Of a stretch of DNA of 64,000 nt, positions 26,801 through 38,661 are shown in pieces (position 1 is the first letter of the stretch; every line of letters begins with the position of its first letter). Below the pieces are notes generated by a model. That model worked only from the letters and a program-made list of their open reading frames with translations, searched no databases and had not been told where the DNA came from. Origin of the DNA: Antedon mediterranea (taxonomy: Eukaryota; Animalia; Echinodermata); the NCBI RefSeq assembly GCF_964355755.1, contig NC_092680.1, positions 18,857,045 through 18,921,044 on the forward strand, given 5' to 3'. Made by a program: the position numbers and the translations under genes.

Positions 26801-29349
26801 TGCATAACGGTGTTGCACTAACATGCCTAGTCTTTTTACCTAAATTTGCTAATGGTACAATTTGTCCTCCTAGCCCTTCTTTTCCCAATGTAGTGCCATC
26901 ATAAGAGCCAACTTCCTTATTTCGATTTCCTTCTTTTCCTTTTAATTTACTTTGATTCAAAAGGCTGACAAGGGAAGAAGTAGGCTTAGGTGGGGAATGA
27001 AGGTTAACTACCGAGCTAGGTGGAGTCATTAAACCAGAAGGATTTAACAAAGAAAAACCTAGGCCTCCTTACCTTATACCATAGCAAAAGATATCAGCAG
27101 ATGAGGTATTGTGGGAAGGTCGCAGTGTGGAAGGCAGGCAGGACAAGTAGAGGAAAACATGAAAAGGAAACAAAGATGCTTTCAGTTAGCAAAAACAATA
27201 AATTAAAATATTGAAAACATGTTGAATATATATTTCTATATCAACCAAATGGTATATAAAAAGCATGAGTGCCATTCTTTAACCTTGATCATGAGAAAAT
27301 TATGGGATGCCAAGGATTATTAATAGTCATCACAACCCATAAACATTTTTGTCTTTGTAAAGAAAACTTTTCATTAAAAATTTAATAACTAATTCGTTAG
27401 ATGTGATTGTACCTTATGCTAAGTACATATTGAGAAAAACTAAATTGCAAGTAATACTTTGGTGGGACTCGTACCAATGACTTCCTGGTGATAAACATCT
27501 GAACATTAGTTTGATTAGCTATGTTAATTGGTCAGATGTACTCTTTTACTCCGGCGTATTTGTTCTTTATACAAAATTCTTAGTATAAAGTGCTATTACA
27601 ATAGAGTAGGATAACCAAATGACCAATTTACCATGGTATTGCTAGGCAAACATCATAAACAACTTACTGTAACTTTACTGACAAGAAATTGGCACCTGTA
27701 TAAAGCTCAAACTTTATGTGACAAAAAATGTGATGTGCCCATATACGGACATGATGTCATATCACAACCATATTTGGGCACATCAAAACAAAAACAAAAA
27801 CATTTAGTAAACGTTATGCTATACCAACCTGTTCTTTGTGGGTTCTTAGGCTTAGCACCTGGTCCTAGGAGCAAGACATCTGGTACCGGTTTCTTACTAG
27901 GTTCTTTAGCTTGGGTATGCAGAATAGAATCAAGAGCTTTCTCAAGGTTGAAATTGCTTTTGATAATCATATCTGTCATAATATGCTCTGGTACACTATC
28001 ACCCATTACATTGCGAATGCCATCTATGCAAGAGTTTAAAAGAGCTGAAAAATACAAATGCATTTGAAATTGTCAGGTTTAAAGCTGTCTACACTATCAA
28101 ACTAGTTTTAACAAAAAAGTGGGATGTGCCCAAATATGGTAGTAATATGCCAAAATATGTTAGTGATATGACATCATCATGTGCATACACTATACGGGCA
28201 CATCACATTTCAAAGTGTCATAGTGTAGACAGAGCTTTAGTAAGTCAAAGAACTGAAATTAAGACAGAAGAATTTTTGTTTAAAAGAGTCTCACATAGCT
28301 TATTTAAAGCAAATATAACACTTCAGTCCTACCCATACTCCAATGTATGTAACAATTTTAGATGATTATTATTTTTTTTTTACTGTAGTTATTATAATAG
28401 TAGTCTATTATAGATAAAATAAATGTGCTGGTTATATTACCCTGATCATCATCACTAAGCTTAGGTCTTTTGAAGTCTTTAGAATCTTGCAGTGGTTGTT
28501 CCTCTTCACTTTCATTGGCCTTTTCTTCCTCTTCTGCATCTCCTTCTCCTATCTTATCCAAATAATGTGATAAGCTAGTGTCATGATGCCCACGATGGAA
28601 CATAAACTGACGTTCTGAAAGAAAGACGAGAAATCACTTAAAAACGATCAAAATAAGCCGTCTCTAACTAGCTAGGCCTAGTGCCTTCTTTCATGAGCAG
28701 CCTGATTGCACCATCTGATATTCTACTACAGTAATTGAAGTTTCAACACTTACCCGTCGAGGGTGACACACCAACACCATAATCATCTTCTACTGAATGC
28801 CCATAAACATCATAGTAACCATCATACTCTGAAAGAAAATAAAATTACTGTAGTTACAAAGGTACGTATAGCCAGGGTCAGTGACCGCCAGACTAATCTA
28901 GTTAGTCTAGGCCTATATTATAGCTAGGCCTAGTAGGCTAGTAGTAGTAGAGTAGGCTCTACTTTTTATTTTCATTTACCAATTTGAAATTTTACAAAAA
29001 AGGGAAAGACATTGGAGTTGGTTGTATTATAACGTTCATTTAATGTATTTATTATGCCTTTTAGCCCAGCTAGCTGAAGTCTACTGCTTTTTGAGACCTT
29101 AGGCCTACCCTCTACTAGGCTTGCCTCGTTCATCATCATGCCTAGCTAGAATGGCTAGGCCTAGGCCCAACCTATCTATCAATCCTAGCTACCTCTAAGA
29201 TTAAGAAGGCCTCAGACAGAGGCCTACTAGGAGGAGTAGGTAGGAGGCTAGGCTAGCTAGCCTAGCCCACGTCACAAAATGTTACGGTGTTATAACTTAT
29301 GGTTACCTTCTCCGTAGTCCATGCTACGGACATTTCTATGTCGTGACAT
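17848..29349 (-). CDS. HBS1L: HBS1-like translational GTPase, long isoform, 17 coding exons
   Basis: Exons 29307-29349, 28754-28828, 28441-28614, 27829-28044, 25232-25409, 24650-24737, 23982-24217, 23597-23714, 23012-23236, 22432-22549, 21800-21868, 21482-21586, 20636-20726, 19526-19634, 19007-19107, 18706-18850, 17848-17859. N-term MSRHRNVR, G1 [32 protein letters not shown]-term [23 protein letters not shown]. Confidence 0.97.
18398..18478 (-). mobile_element. tRNA-derived SINE head
   Basis: Minus strand TGGCTTGGTGG (A box) ... GGTTCAAGTCC (B box), no proper acceptor stem. Confidence 0.55.
19682..19860. mobile_element. Harbinger-like MITE family B (TIR AGC(G/T)TGGTTCCCACTAG)
   Basis: Palindromic, internal ACGCAACGCAAG repeats; partial copy 22712-22867, nested copies 35300-35740, remnant 46750-46776. 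Confidence 0.85.
20155..20606. mobile_element. pogo/Tigger-like MITE
   Basis: TA flanks, TIR CA(G/A)T(T/A)(G/A)AACCCCT, subterminal GTGTCCC..AATAGA repeats; 67-bp derivative at 22918-22984 and partial at ~5398-5550. Confidence 0.65.
23826..23962. mobile_element. MITE with CATAGG termini (possible P-superfamily)
   Basis: CATAGGGAAACTCTGTAATACAGCATC / GATGCTGTATCATAGAATTTGCCTATG; related right end at ~21390-21421; no TSD visible. Confidence 0.6.
24312..24564. repeat. 60-bp tandem repeat x ~4.2 in HBS1L intron 6
   Basis: CATTTAAAAGCTTGATAGTCCAGTCAAAAATCACCCTCACCATGGTATAAAGTGCGCCCT repeated. Confidence 0.97.
24886..25129. mobile_element. Harbinger-like MITE family C (TIR AGGCCAATTTACA)
   Basis: TAA/TTA flanks, inverted termini; right-end copy at ~19200-19283. 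Confidence 0.75.
25983..27058 (-). CDS. HBS1L: Alternative terminal exon of HBS1L (short SKI7-like / HBS1LV3 isoform)
   Basis: ~1.07-kb open frame inside intron 4, phase-1 compatible with exon 4 donor (ACAG|gt) via tag acceptor at 27059-27061 (other in-frame AGs 6 and 9 nt upstream). Ends [23 protein letters not shown], the conserved PFDFxxxSPDD motif of SKI7-like isoforms; repeated SLSALA motifs. Confidence 0.88.
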
Positions 29350-29449
29350 TTTGCACTATTTAAACTGTTTATATTGCAATGAAATCCATTTATTTTAACA
29401 GCCAATATACTTGTCTGTATTTTGGAGAAATTTCCAGGATGGTACATTT

Positions 29450-29570
29450 TGTAGTGGCTGCCATTTTAAAAGGAAGTGCGCCCTCTAGAAGAGAATTGAA
29501 GTTTGTATATGATGGGCATAGCAGCAGCCTGGATGAATCGCACATTTCAACCCCCTCCCCCCGCCCAATA
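29450..29570 (-). promoter_or_regulatory. Probable HBS1L promoter
   Basis: YY1-like GCTGCCATTTT (~29457-29467), ETS AGGAAGTG (~29470), GC box CCCCTCCCCCGCCC and CCAAT (~29550-29570) within ~220 nt upstream of the ATG. Confidence 0.5.
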
Positions 29571-30645
29571 AAAAAAAACAGCAATTGGATGACATGTAAT
29601 TTAAGCCAAATCAAAATAATTTTTGCTATCTTCAAATACACATAATTACAATAACAAACATGTACTAAAATAAGGATACGGTACGATTTTTAAAACCAAA
29701 ATTACCAAAATAAAAAGGAAATATTACACAGATAAAATTCATGGAATAAATATAAATAGGCCTAGGCCTACTGTAATAAGATAATGAAAGTAGGCTATAA
29801 CCATCATGAGGAAAACCGTTTCTCTATTCAGGGGATACTTTGTTGGGTCGTCCAATCAATCCCCGGTGTTGTTCCCTGTAAGGGTCCTTGTCAACATTTA
29901 CTCATCTAATTATCAGTAACGTGGTAATTAATAGAATATTTCCGGACACGTGACAGTTATGAGTTATTGACTAGAGTTCATGTCGTCAATTATTTATCAG
30001 GAGATGTATCACTTAATTCCGAACCTGCTTAATTGCATGATCGCAGCAGATTCATCTCATGTATGCTTTGTTCAACAACAACAAACTGCAAAACTCCGAA
30101 TTTAATGTCTTATTTATTTATAAATAGGCCTATGTGGGTGTCTATTTTGATGTCTGATGCCCGGCCTGATGCCCTTATTTTTCCTTTCCTAATGACCATC
30201 TCTCTCACCCCAAATTATTTTATCACTAGCCTACGTTATAGGCCTACGCCCCTTGTCAATACACTTTCTTCTATACAATTAATGGAGTAAATACATTAAG
30301 CATAATTTATATTGTCTTTCTAATATTTTAAACTTGTTTTAAAATATGATTTTGTGTGTGGCCTACATGTGGAAAATAATTGAAGATGAATATTCAGATG
30401 ATATCAACACGAGTAACTCTTATTTTACAATTCACACAAAACGAATTATTCCGGAATAATCAAAACAATTGTTTAAAAACTAGATTTTAATTCGTCACTT
30501 TTACGAATTAATGTGATCTTTGTGATAGAAGATAATTTTACCGACGTTCTACGAATAAAATTAAGATTTGATAGGCTGTACTCAATCTTCCTCCTATGCG
30601 CATGTTTTTTTGTTTTGTTTTTATTTTATTAATGAGCTTTCTTAA

Positions 30646-31250
30646 CACGTTCACTGCCAAGGCATTTTCCGTAATTTCTGTCCCAGTGCCAAGTCCCGTT
30701 TACATATTAAATTACAGTTTGAAAGTGTAACATCTGGTCACAGACTATCATGATGTCATTCAAAATACGATGGCGGGAAAAACCGTTGAGACGTATAAAT
30801 ACGTCACTGGCAATGGTCCAACAATTTTATTGACTTTGCCAGGAACGTAAATATACGTCGGGGATTTTCCGCGCTAAAATCGGTCAAACCTATCATCGAG
30901 AGATAAAAACAGTAAACCACACTGAATCATTTCATCCTTTATTATTTTTATTTACTATTAGCGCAATTTATGACATGTTTGAGATGATTATATTGAGTGT
31001 GAGGGCGCCATCGTATCAACCATATTCAATGCATGAGGGAATAAACACAAACAAACATATGACATTTATTTTTAGATTATCGTTTACGTACATCATTCAT
31101 AAACTGCCATGCGATAATTCCTGTTCCAATCACCACTGCCAGCGATTCTACATACAATACAAAAGTGCTACGATTTTGACGTAGTATTACGTCTTGGCAA
31201 GTAGCGACACGCAATTTTTGACGTATAAATACGCCGTGGCAGTGAACGTG
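30646..31250. mobile_element. Non-autonomous piggyBac-type element
   Basis: TTAA on both sides (30642-30645, 31251-31254); TIR CACGTTCACTGCCA(A/C)GGC; four internal GACGTA-N4-TACGTC-like palindromes. Confidence 0.9.
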
Positions 31251-33322
31251 TTAATCACATTACAACCGGATACAAACAGGAGATAATAGGAGATTTTAAC
31301 ATTTAGAAGTTCTCTTTGTATTTTTTGTTTAATTTGACTTCAAACGGGTACCGCAACCAACCAGGTACGGATTGCTCATCACCAACAATAATATAACAGA
31401 TAACAAAGATGTAACGCGAGGGTTAAAGACTCAACGGAACCACAACATTAGCAAGTCATTGTATTCAGAATTTGCTAACTTCATTGACCAATCAACACTC
31501 ATTGTCTAATGTACGTCATGCTGTGTTATAAAACTTGTTGTTTTTAAAATAGTAAAGGCCACATTATTATATACCAAAGTAGGTTTAAAATAAATTCTCT
31601 ATTGTAAAACTCTCAATTTGAAAAATTCGAAAGACACACACAGCATAGGCCTAAATTTGATTTTTTTTAAATTAAATTTCAGGGAAATTATGAAAATGAT
31701 CACCTATAATTCGTCAAAGTGACGAATTAAATGCTAGTTCTTCGTATTATTTCTCTCTGTGTAACAATTATCTCAAAATTTCACAACACAAATACCGAAT
31801 TGATACAATCTTTAGTCGAAATATCGATGGTAAAACAGGTAAGAATAATTAATGTATACATAATTTCAGTTATTCGCGTGATTCCATGGCCTGAAGCTCT
31901 GCCTACACTATCAAACTTTACATCTCCCTGTATGGACATGATGATGTCATATCACTACCATTTTGGGCATATCACTAACACACTTTTTTTTGTCAAACTA
32001 GTTTGATAGTGTAGACAGAGCTTAACGTTGTCTTACAGATAACAGTATGGGCAGGAATGGTCGTTGCATGTGGCGATTGATAGCGGTACTTGTGGCAATA
32101 AATAAACTGTTAACGATTCGACGGGATCATATCGAATTATCAAAAAGACCCGAAAATAAGCTTTCGGATTAATAACACTTTTAATCGTTTAATTTTAATC
32201 TTTTAATTAATCTCTTAATTCGTAATTTCCGCATACAATCAAAAGGTGTAAAATAGGTCTATACTATAAAATTTAGTGTAATGAAATATTTTGTTTAACG
32301 CCCTCTATTAAATCTAACTTTGTAACATTCTAAAGCTCGTATCTACTGTCAAACTTTATGTGACAAAAAATGTAATGTGCCCAAATATGGACATGATAAT
32401 GCCATGTCACTACCATATTTGGGTATATCACTACCATATTTAGGCACATCACACTTTTTTGTCACATAAAGTTTGATAGTGTACTGTAGACTGTCTTGGA
32501 ATTATTGTATTGTTGTTAGGCCATATATCTTCTGTTACCAAAATTAACTTGTTGATTATCAGATGATTTTGTCACTGAACTTTAAGACACGTGTTATACA
32601 CACTTCGATTGTATCGATGTTTTCAAACAATTTGTAATTAAATGTGTTTTCCGACCTTAATCAAAGTTGCGATGTAACACACGATCAGGTAACTGCATTG
32701 TGATGGTATCAGGTCACGTGTTGGTTACAAAGATAATTATAGAACAGTAATAATAGATATGATAAGATCTAAAAAAAATAATGCCTGATAAACCTGGGAC
32801 CTATACATTTATAGGTCCATGGATGAACTATAGCCTCTTTCGATCTTAATACTACCGTAATAGCTATTCTAAACAATATGCTACCGGCGTTGTATTATTT
32901 AATACTGTATTATCAAATTATAGCGTTATCTGTTCTGCATAGGCCTTGTTGGGCCGCTTAACATGATATAACTCTAGGCCATATGAAACAAGTAGTAGGG
33001 GGCCTAATTGCAGTGAAGAACAACAGAAAGAGGGGATCATTTCCTTTTCCCTTTGGACACCCGCTCGCTCCGTCCATTGTCTGATTACATCCTTGAATGA
33101 GGGTTACGGAACTTCACATGTTACGTTACCAAGTTCGGCTCTATATTGTTCTATTGAATAATCCACAATGACAATTGTATTCAGTAATAAGGCGACGTTC
33201 TTATTCAGTATTTTCGTTAAGTGTCCCGACCAAGGACCAACGTATTACCGGCATTTAGCAAATTTACCTTTGAGGTTACCGATGATGAGTTACTCAATTG
33301 TGACGATGTGCTTAACAATTAG

Positions 33323-33999
33323 GTGAACATACATCGATAAGAAAAGTAATTATACCTAATTGGAGGGCAGGATTGTATCGATTGATTTGTGAAGAATTTA
33401 ATTTATGTACAATTATCGAAACATTGCATACTGCGGGTGCTTACGATTCCCTTAGAAGTAGGACTAAGTCAGACCGCAGAACAGGGCCAAGAAGATATAC
33501 TTATAATTATATTCCTGAAGAAGAAATAAAACGAAACAAACTAATTCTTAATCTTAACAATGCATGCATGAAGGTATGTGACCATCGTATACTGAGGCTC
33601 AGTCTCAACCTCTCACGACATACTCAGAAGCAATAAACGGTAAAGTAACATTCCGTAAAACTAACAAACAAAAAACACCAAATGTTCATGTTATGCCATT
33701 GCATGCACCCTATTCTATTTCCCACTTTACAGACCGTAAAAGCAGGGGGATTTCATAGAGAACTATACTTAGCAGCTCTATTTTTCTTAGCTTTTACCTT
33801 AGCTCCACCAAACCATGTTGGGGCTAAGAAAATGGAGACTCTTATATATTTGATTTCATATTTCAAAATTATAGGTGTCATTTTCGGGGGCCTAATAGCA
33901 GCTCTATATTTTCTAAATGTATATAATTTGTGCACCCTCCCAGACAGCAACCAATCTACACCTCTGAATGAGATACTAGAAGAAGGTTTAAAGAGTTAA
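33323..33999 (+). other. Putative two-exon coding remnant or small membrane-protein gene
   Basis: Open frames 33323-33573 and 33733-33999 are joined in frame by AAG|gtatg...tttacag|ACC; second exon has two hydrophobic stretches; no recognisable family. Confidence 0.3.
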
Positions 34000-35299
34000 T
34001 GCCTGTAAAACTGATCTGATTGAGATATTTATTGGTTGAATAATTCTACGTTATTTGTTTGTAACGGTAGGCCTATTCACTTTATAAACGTATTATGTTA
34101 AACAAATTGAAACGGAGACACAAACAGTGCGAACAACTTTATAAAGAAGGCGTCTCCACATGTCCTTGGGACTAATATATTAACGTGAAATCTACTAATA
34201 ATAACGAATTCAGTGTAATTTAGGTGACGACAATTTGTAGCTATTATTTATGAAAAAAATTAAAATCAGATATCCGGTGTTCCGGTAACGGGCTGTATCA
34301 GATACATTGTTAAATGAATTTGTCCAACTGAAAGACCAGAAGATAAAAGACCCGATGGAGACAAAGTCTTTACAAAGCAAATCTGATTTAAAATCCGATG
34401 AACTGTTTTTACAATAGTATGTTGTACAGTTTAGTTTAAACCCATTATACAGCGACAACTCCTATCAAATGGAACAATACCGAAGTTTGTGTAAAGTATA
34501 CCGCAATTGATCCCTGCTATTTTGAGCGAGTGTTGCTTGAACTAATCCCTTTTGGAACACATCACCGTACAAATTACGGCTGATCAGACAAGTGCTTAAC
34601 GTAATAGTGAGGTACCTTCCCCATAGGGAGGTAATCCACTTCAAAATTAACAAATACATCATTACTGCTAAAGCGATATAAGCAGATAACATTTCATAAC
34701 TGGCTTAACTATTTTGCGTTATCAAATTATATCGAAGGATATATTTACTCATGAATTGGCAATTCGTCCGAATGAAGCTTTCGTGAGACCAGTTTGGAGC
34801 CAATAAGTAGTAAATGGCCAATAAATTATAATCAGTCATTAAATTACTATGGACAACTGAGCATTTAGTCATTCTTTACCGTACCCGTAAATTGTTTTAC
34901 TTGGGATTACTTTTTTTATTTTTTTTTAGTCAAATTATTTTACGGACGTGTTTCGGTTTTATTACAGAAGAAAGGTTCGAAAACTTTAAACCATGGAGGT
35001 AATAAACCATTCTCAAAAACCAATCTTTGGAATGAAAAACTTGAATCTACTAAATAAGAAACCCATTATTCTGCCGTACCTCCATTCAGTCATAAAATGC
35101 AGGTGTTACGATGATCTTAAGTACTTTACTATATAGTGTTGTGTATATCTGCGGTGTGTCTATTTACAGACAGACGAATACTGGTACGTTTTAGTTTATA
35201 AAATAATAATGTAAGCCTATAACATAGGCCTACCGTAGTGTTATATATTATACATTTCAGGAAACATTTTATGTAATATTTCCGTCATCTTTTTCTTTA

Positions 35300-35740
35300 A
35301 GCTTTGGTTCCCACTAGAACGCAACGCAGCGATGTATCGACGCAAAGTGCTGTATTGCGTAATCACAAGTGGGAACCGACGACGCAATAGTGCTGAAAAC
35401 ATCGCAGGTTTGATTTCACGCAGGCGGGGGCAAACGCAATGAGTGTAAAGCTTGGTTCCCACTAGAACGTAACGCAAGGACGTAAACGCAAGGCAAAGCT
35501 TGGTTCCCACTAGAACGTAACGCAAGGACGTAAACGCAACGCAAGCGTTTTAACCAATGACAAGCGAAGTTATAGACAGTTAGCAATCACAAGCAAATAA
35601 GCCATCGCTTGTGATTGGTCAATTCACTTGCGTTGCGTTTAACGTCCTTGCGTAGCGTCGCTAGTGGGAACCACGCTTTAGGGCATTTTCTTACGTTGCG
35701 TAGATTGCGTTACGTTGCGTCGCTAGTGTGAACCATGCTT
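35300..35740. mobile_element. Nested family-B MITEs
   Basis: Outer element 35300-35740 interrupted by an inner element ~35449-35678 whose left ~48 bp are duplicated. Confidence 0.8.
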
Positions 35741-37462
35741 TAGTAATCGTTTGTCAGTTTTTACACACTTCACACTTTCAACGTTAATCTAGAACGATAA
35801 TAAATGCATCCAGTGTTGTCCATCAACAATTTTGTCACGTAAAGTTTGATCAAGTCTTAAAGGCATTTGGCCATCATTTTAATCAATGTCCATACTTGAA
35901 ATCCGTCCATTCATTAAATGTCCATACCTGTAATATACACTAAATAATTTAATCCATTCAAATTCAGTTGTATTAGAGAGACGCGGTCATAATAATAGTT
36001 GAAACACAATTGAAATGAAAATTGTAACTTATCAACGAAAACAAAATTATGGATGGTCAGAATTTGGAAACATTAAGGCCTAGGTCTTCTAAGATATGGA
36101 AATACAAAAAAACGTTTAATTTAATTAATTGAACAGTATTATTCATTTGAGCGTGTTGGTTCCCAATAAGACCAACGGAAGGAGGACGTATTAGGCCCAC
36201 AACAAGGAAGATTCGGATGATTTTCACTAAAAAATAGCGGCCAGAAACTCTAACAAGTAGAAATAAAATGTTATTGTCCGATCTGTCTTTTGTTTTCGTT
36301 AAAAAGTATAATTTTTTTGTCTTGCGAGATTCACACATTTATTTCTTCATTAGATAACTGAATTAGGCCTATAAATCTTCCTTATGATTATAGATCTTTT
36401 TTTTTTCAATATTATATAATAATAAATATCTTTTTTTAACAAATATAAGGCTTTTTAATGGTTTAATTTCACATTCATTGTAGATATCGCCTCTTAAATA
36501 AATTACAAATATCTTCGTTATGATTATATATCATTTATTCATTTTAATAAATATCTTTTTTTTAAACAAAAATTAGGCTTACTAAGTTGCTTCAATGTTG
36601 GAAATTAATGTTGTTTTTTAATTGTTCAATTTTACATTGTAGATCTCCTATTAATTTTAAAATATAAAACGGCACTTTTTTCATAAGACAATAAGTACTA
36701 GTTTCTCAAGATGTCCATGCACCTTTAAGTCTGTTTAACACCTGGACGGACAATAAATAATTAATTTAAATTCCTTATGCATATATTACAGAAAAATAAG
36801 ATAAAGCACACACATTTCTACCGTTTCAACTCACCTACTTTCAGGAGGACAATGACCAGAAGCATATACATCTTTTAATAAAAATAATAAAAGCGATTGT
36901 TTTTCTGTGAGTCATACATCTAGATCAGCTTGGGTGTGTTTCCCTGTGGACAATCAGAGACACTGTTGTTCATCATTTTAATAAGTGGCCTACGTTCACA
37001 ATAACAAAACACAACTCTAGACTAATCAATAATTCAGTAATTTGCAATTTTATTCTCTGTATCGTTCATTAATAAAATAGTCAAAGTAAGTAAAAAAAAC
37101 TGTTGTTCACCAGTTCATTAACTGGCCTACGTTCACAATAACACAAAACAACTAGACCAATCAATAATTTAGTAATTTACAATTTTATTCCGAGCATCGT
37201 TTATTAATTAAATAGTCAAAGTAGGCTAAGTATAAATACGTATTGTTAAATAATAATAATAATCATGTTTACGTATATATTCTTAACTATAAACCACCTG
37301 CACACACGCCGCCAAACTCTAAACGAAAACAAAAACCATTAGATTTATACAAAATATTTTCACATTCATTTTAGATCGAAATACAGATACACATCACAGC
37401 ATATATCAATATTATTAACTTTCCAGGCATTAAAATTATGGGACAGTAATGCCGTCTTTCAG

Positions 37463-37597
37463 AGTTTTCTCAACCTACACCCCGGAGAGCAACGTACTAA
37501 AATGCTGTTGGGTTTTCCCAACCTACACCCCGGAGAGCAACGTACTAAAATGCTGTTGGGTTTTCCCAACCTACACCCCGGAGAGCAACGTACTAAA
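37463..37597. repeat. 48-bp tandem repeat x ~2.8
   Basis: GTTTTCCCAACCTACACCCCGGAGAGCAACGTACTAAAATGCTGTTGG repeated. Confidence 0.95.
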
Positions 37598-38320
37598 TGT
37601 ACGTATGTTCTATACCGTAATGTGCATATATTGTTAAAAAAGTTCTGTGGCCTATTTTAATTGAACCTTCTTTCAGTTTATTTGTTTAATTATCATCAAT
37701 TCTGTACATTTCAGTCATATAAAATAATATTGACATAATTGTAATATCGGATTTCTTTGATAAACTAGGAGGAGGGGAATGCGCTACTCCACCTTATGTC
37801 TGACCTTATGACTCCCACAAGCGCAAGACAATGGCAATTTAATTAATTTTATACGAAAATTACTAGGAATCTAAAAAACACAATGTGTAATTTTGCGCGC
37901 CGATCTTATAAAAGTAATACTGCTTTTCTGAGGGCACTTTTAATTAAAATTTTCATTCCGACAGTTTATTCGTTTAATTATGGCACCACTGTATACATTT
38001 CAGTCGTCGAAATATTGGACACAGAGAGCGGCGGATCCCTTTGATTCATTCAATTAATTACTGTCCAACTTGACAAAGCAATGTGGCTTCACCATCAATT
38101 AAAATTAGTTTCGCGTGTAAACGGACGGTGTCTAAACGGTTTCTCATTATTTTTTAGTTATCGTATTAATTAGGAACGTAACATTGGCAGTAGAAGTAGG
38201 CTCATAGAGGTATTCCCACCAATTCACATTTTAAATCATGAAATAGGCCTACATTGATACTCTGTCACTAGCTGAGAATTCTCAACTATTACCACAGTAC
38301 GACTGTACGACGAAGTATAC

Positions 38321-38643
38321 TTGGTATACTTGAGCACATTGATAAAGAATAGGATAAACTTAACAATATACAACAAATAAAATTAATGTAGGATCCCGTT
38401 TAACACTGTTCTCAACTATAGTCATTTTGGTATACTTGAGCACAGTGATAAAGAATAGGATAAACTTAACAATATACAACAAAAATGTACGATCCCGTTT
38501 AACACTGTTCTCAACTATAGTCATTTTGGTCTACTTGAGCACAGTGATAAAGAATAGGATAAACTTAATAAAATACAACAAATAACATTAATGTACGATC
38601 CAGTTTAACACTGTTCTCAACTATAGTCATTTTGGTATACTTG
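38321..38643. repeat. ~105-bp tandem repeat x3
   Basis: TTGGTATACTTGAGCAC... units start at 38321, 38427, 38526, 38632 (partial). Confidence 0.95.
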
Positions 38644-38661
38644 TCCAAGTAATATTCATCA

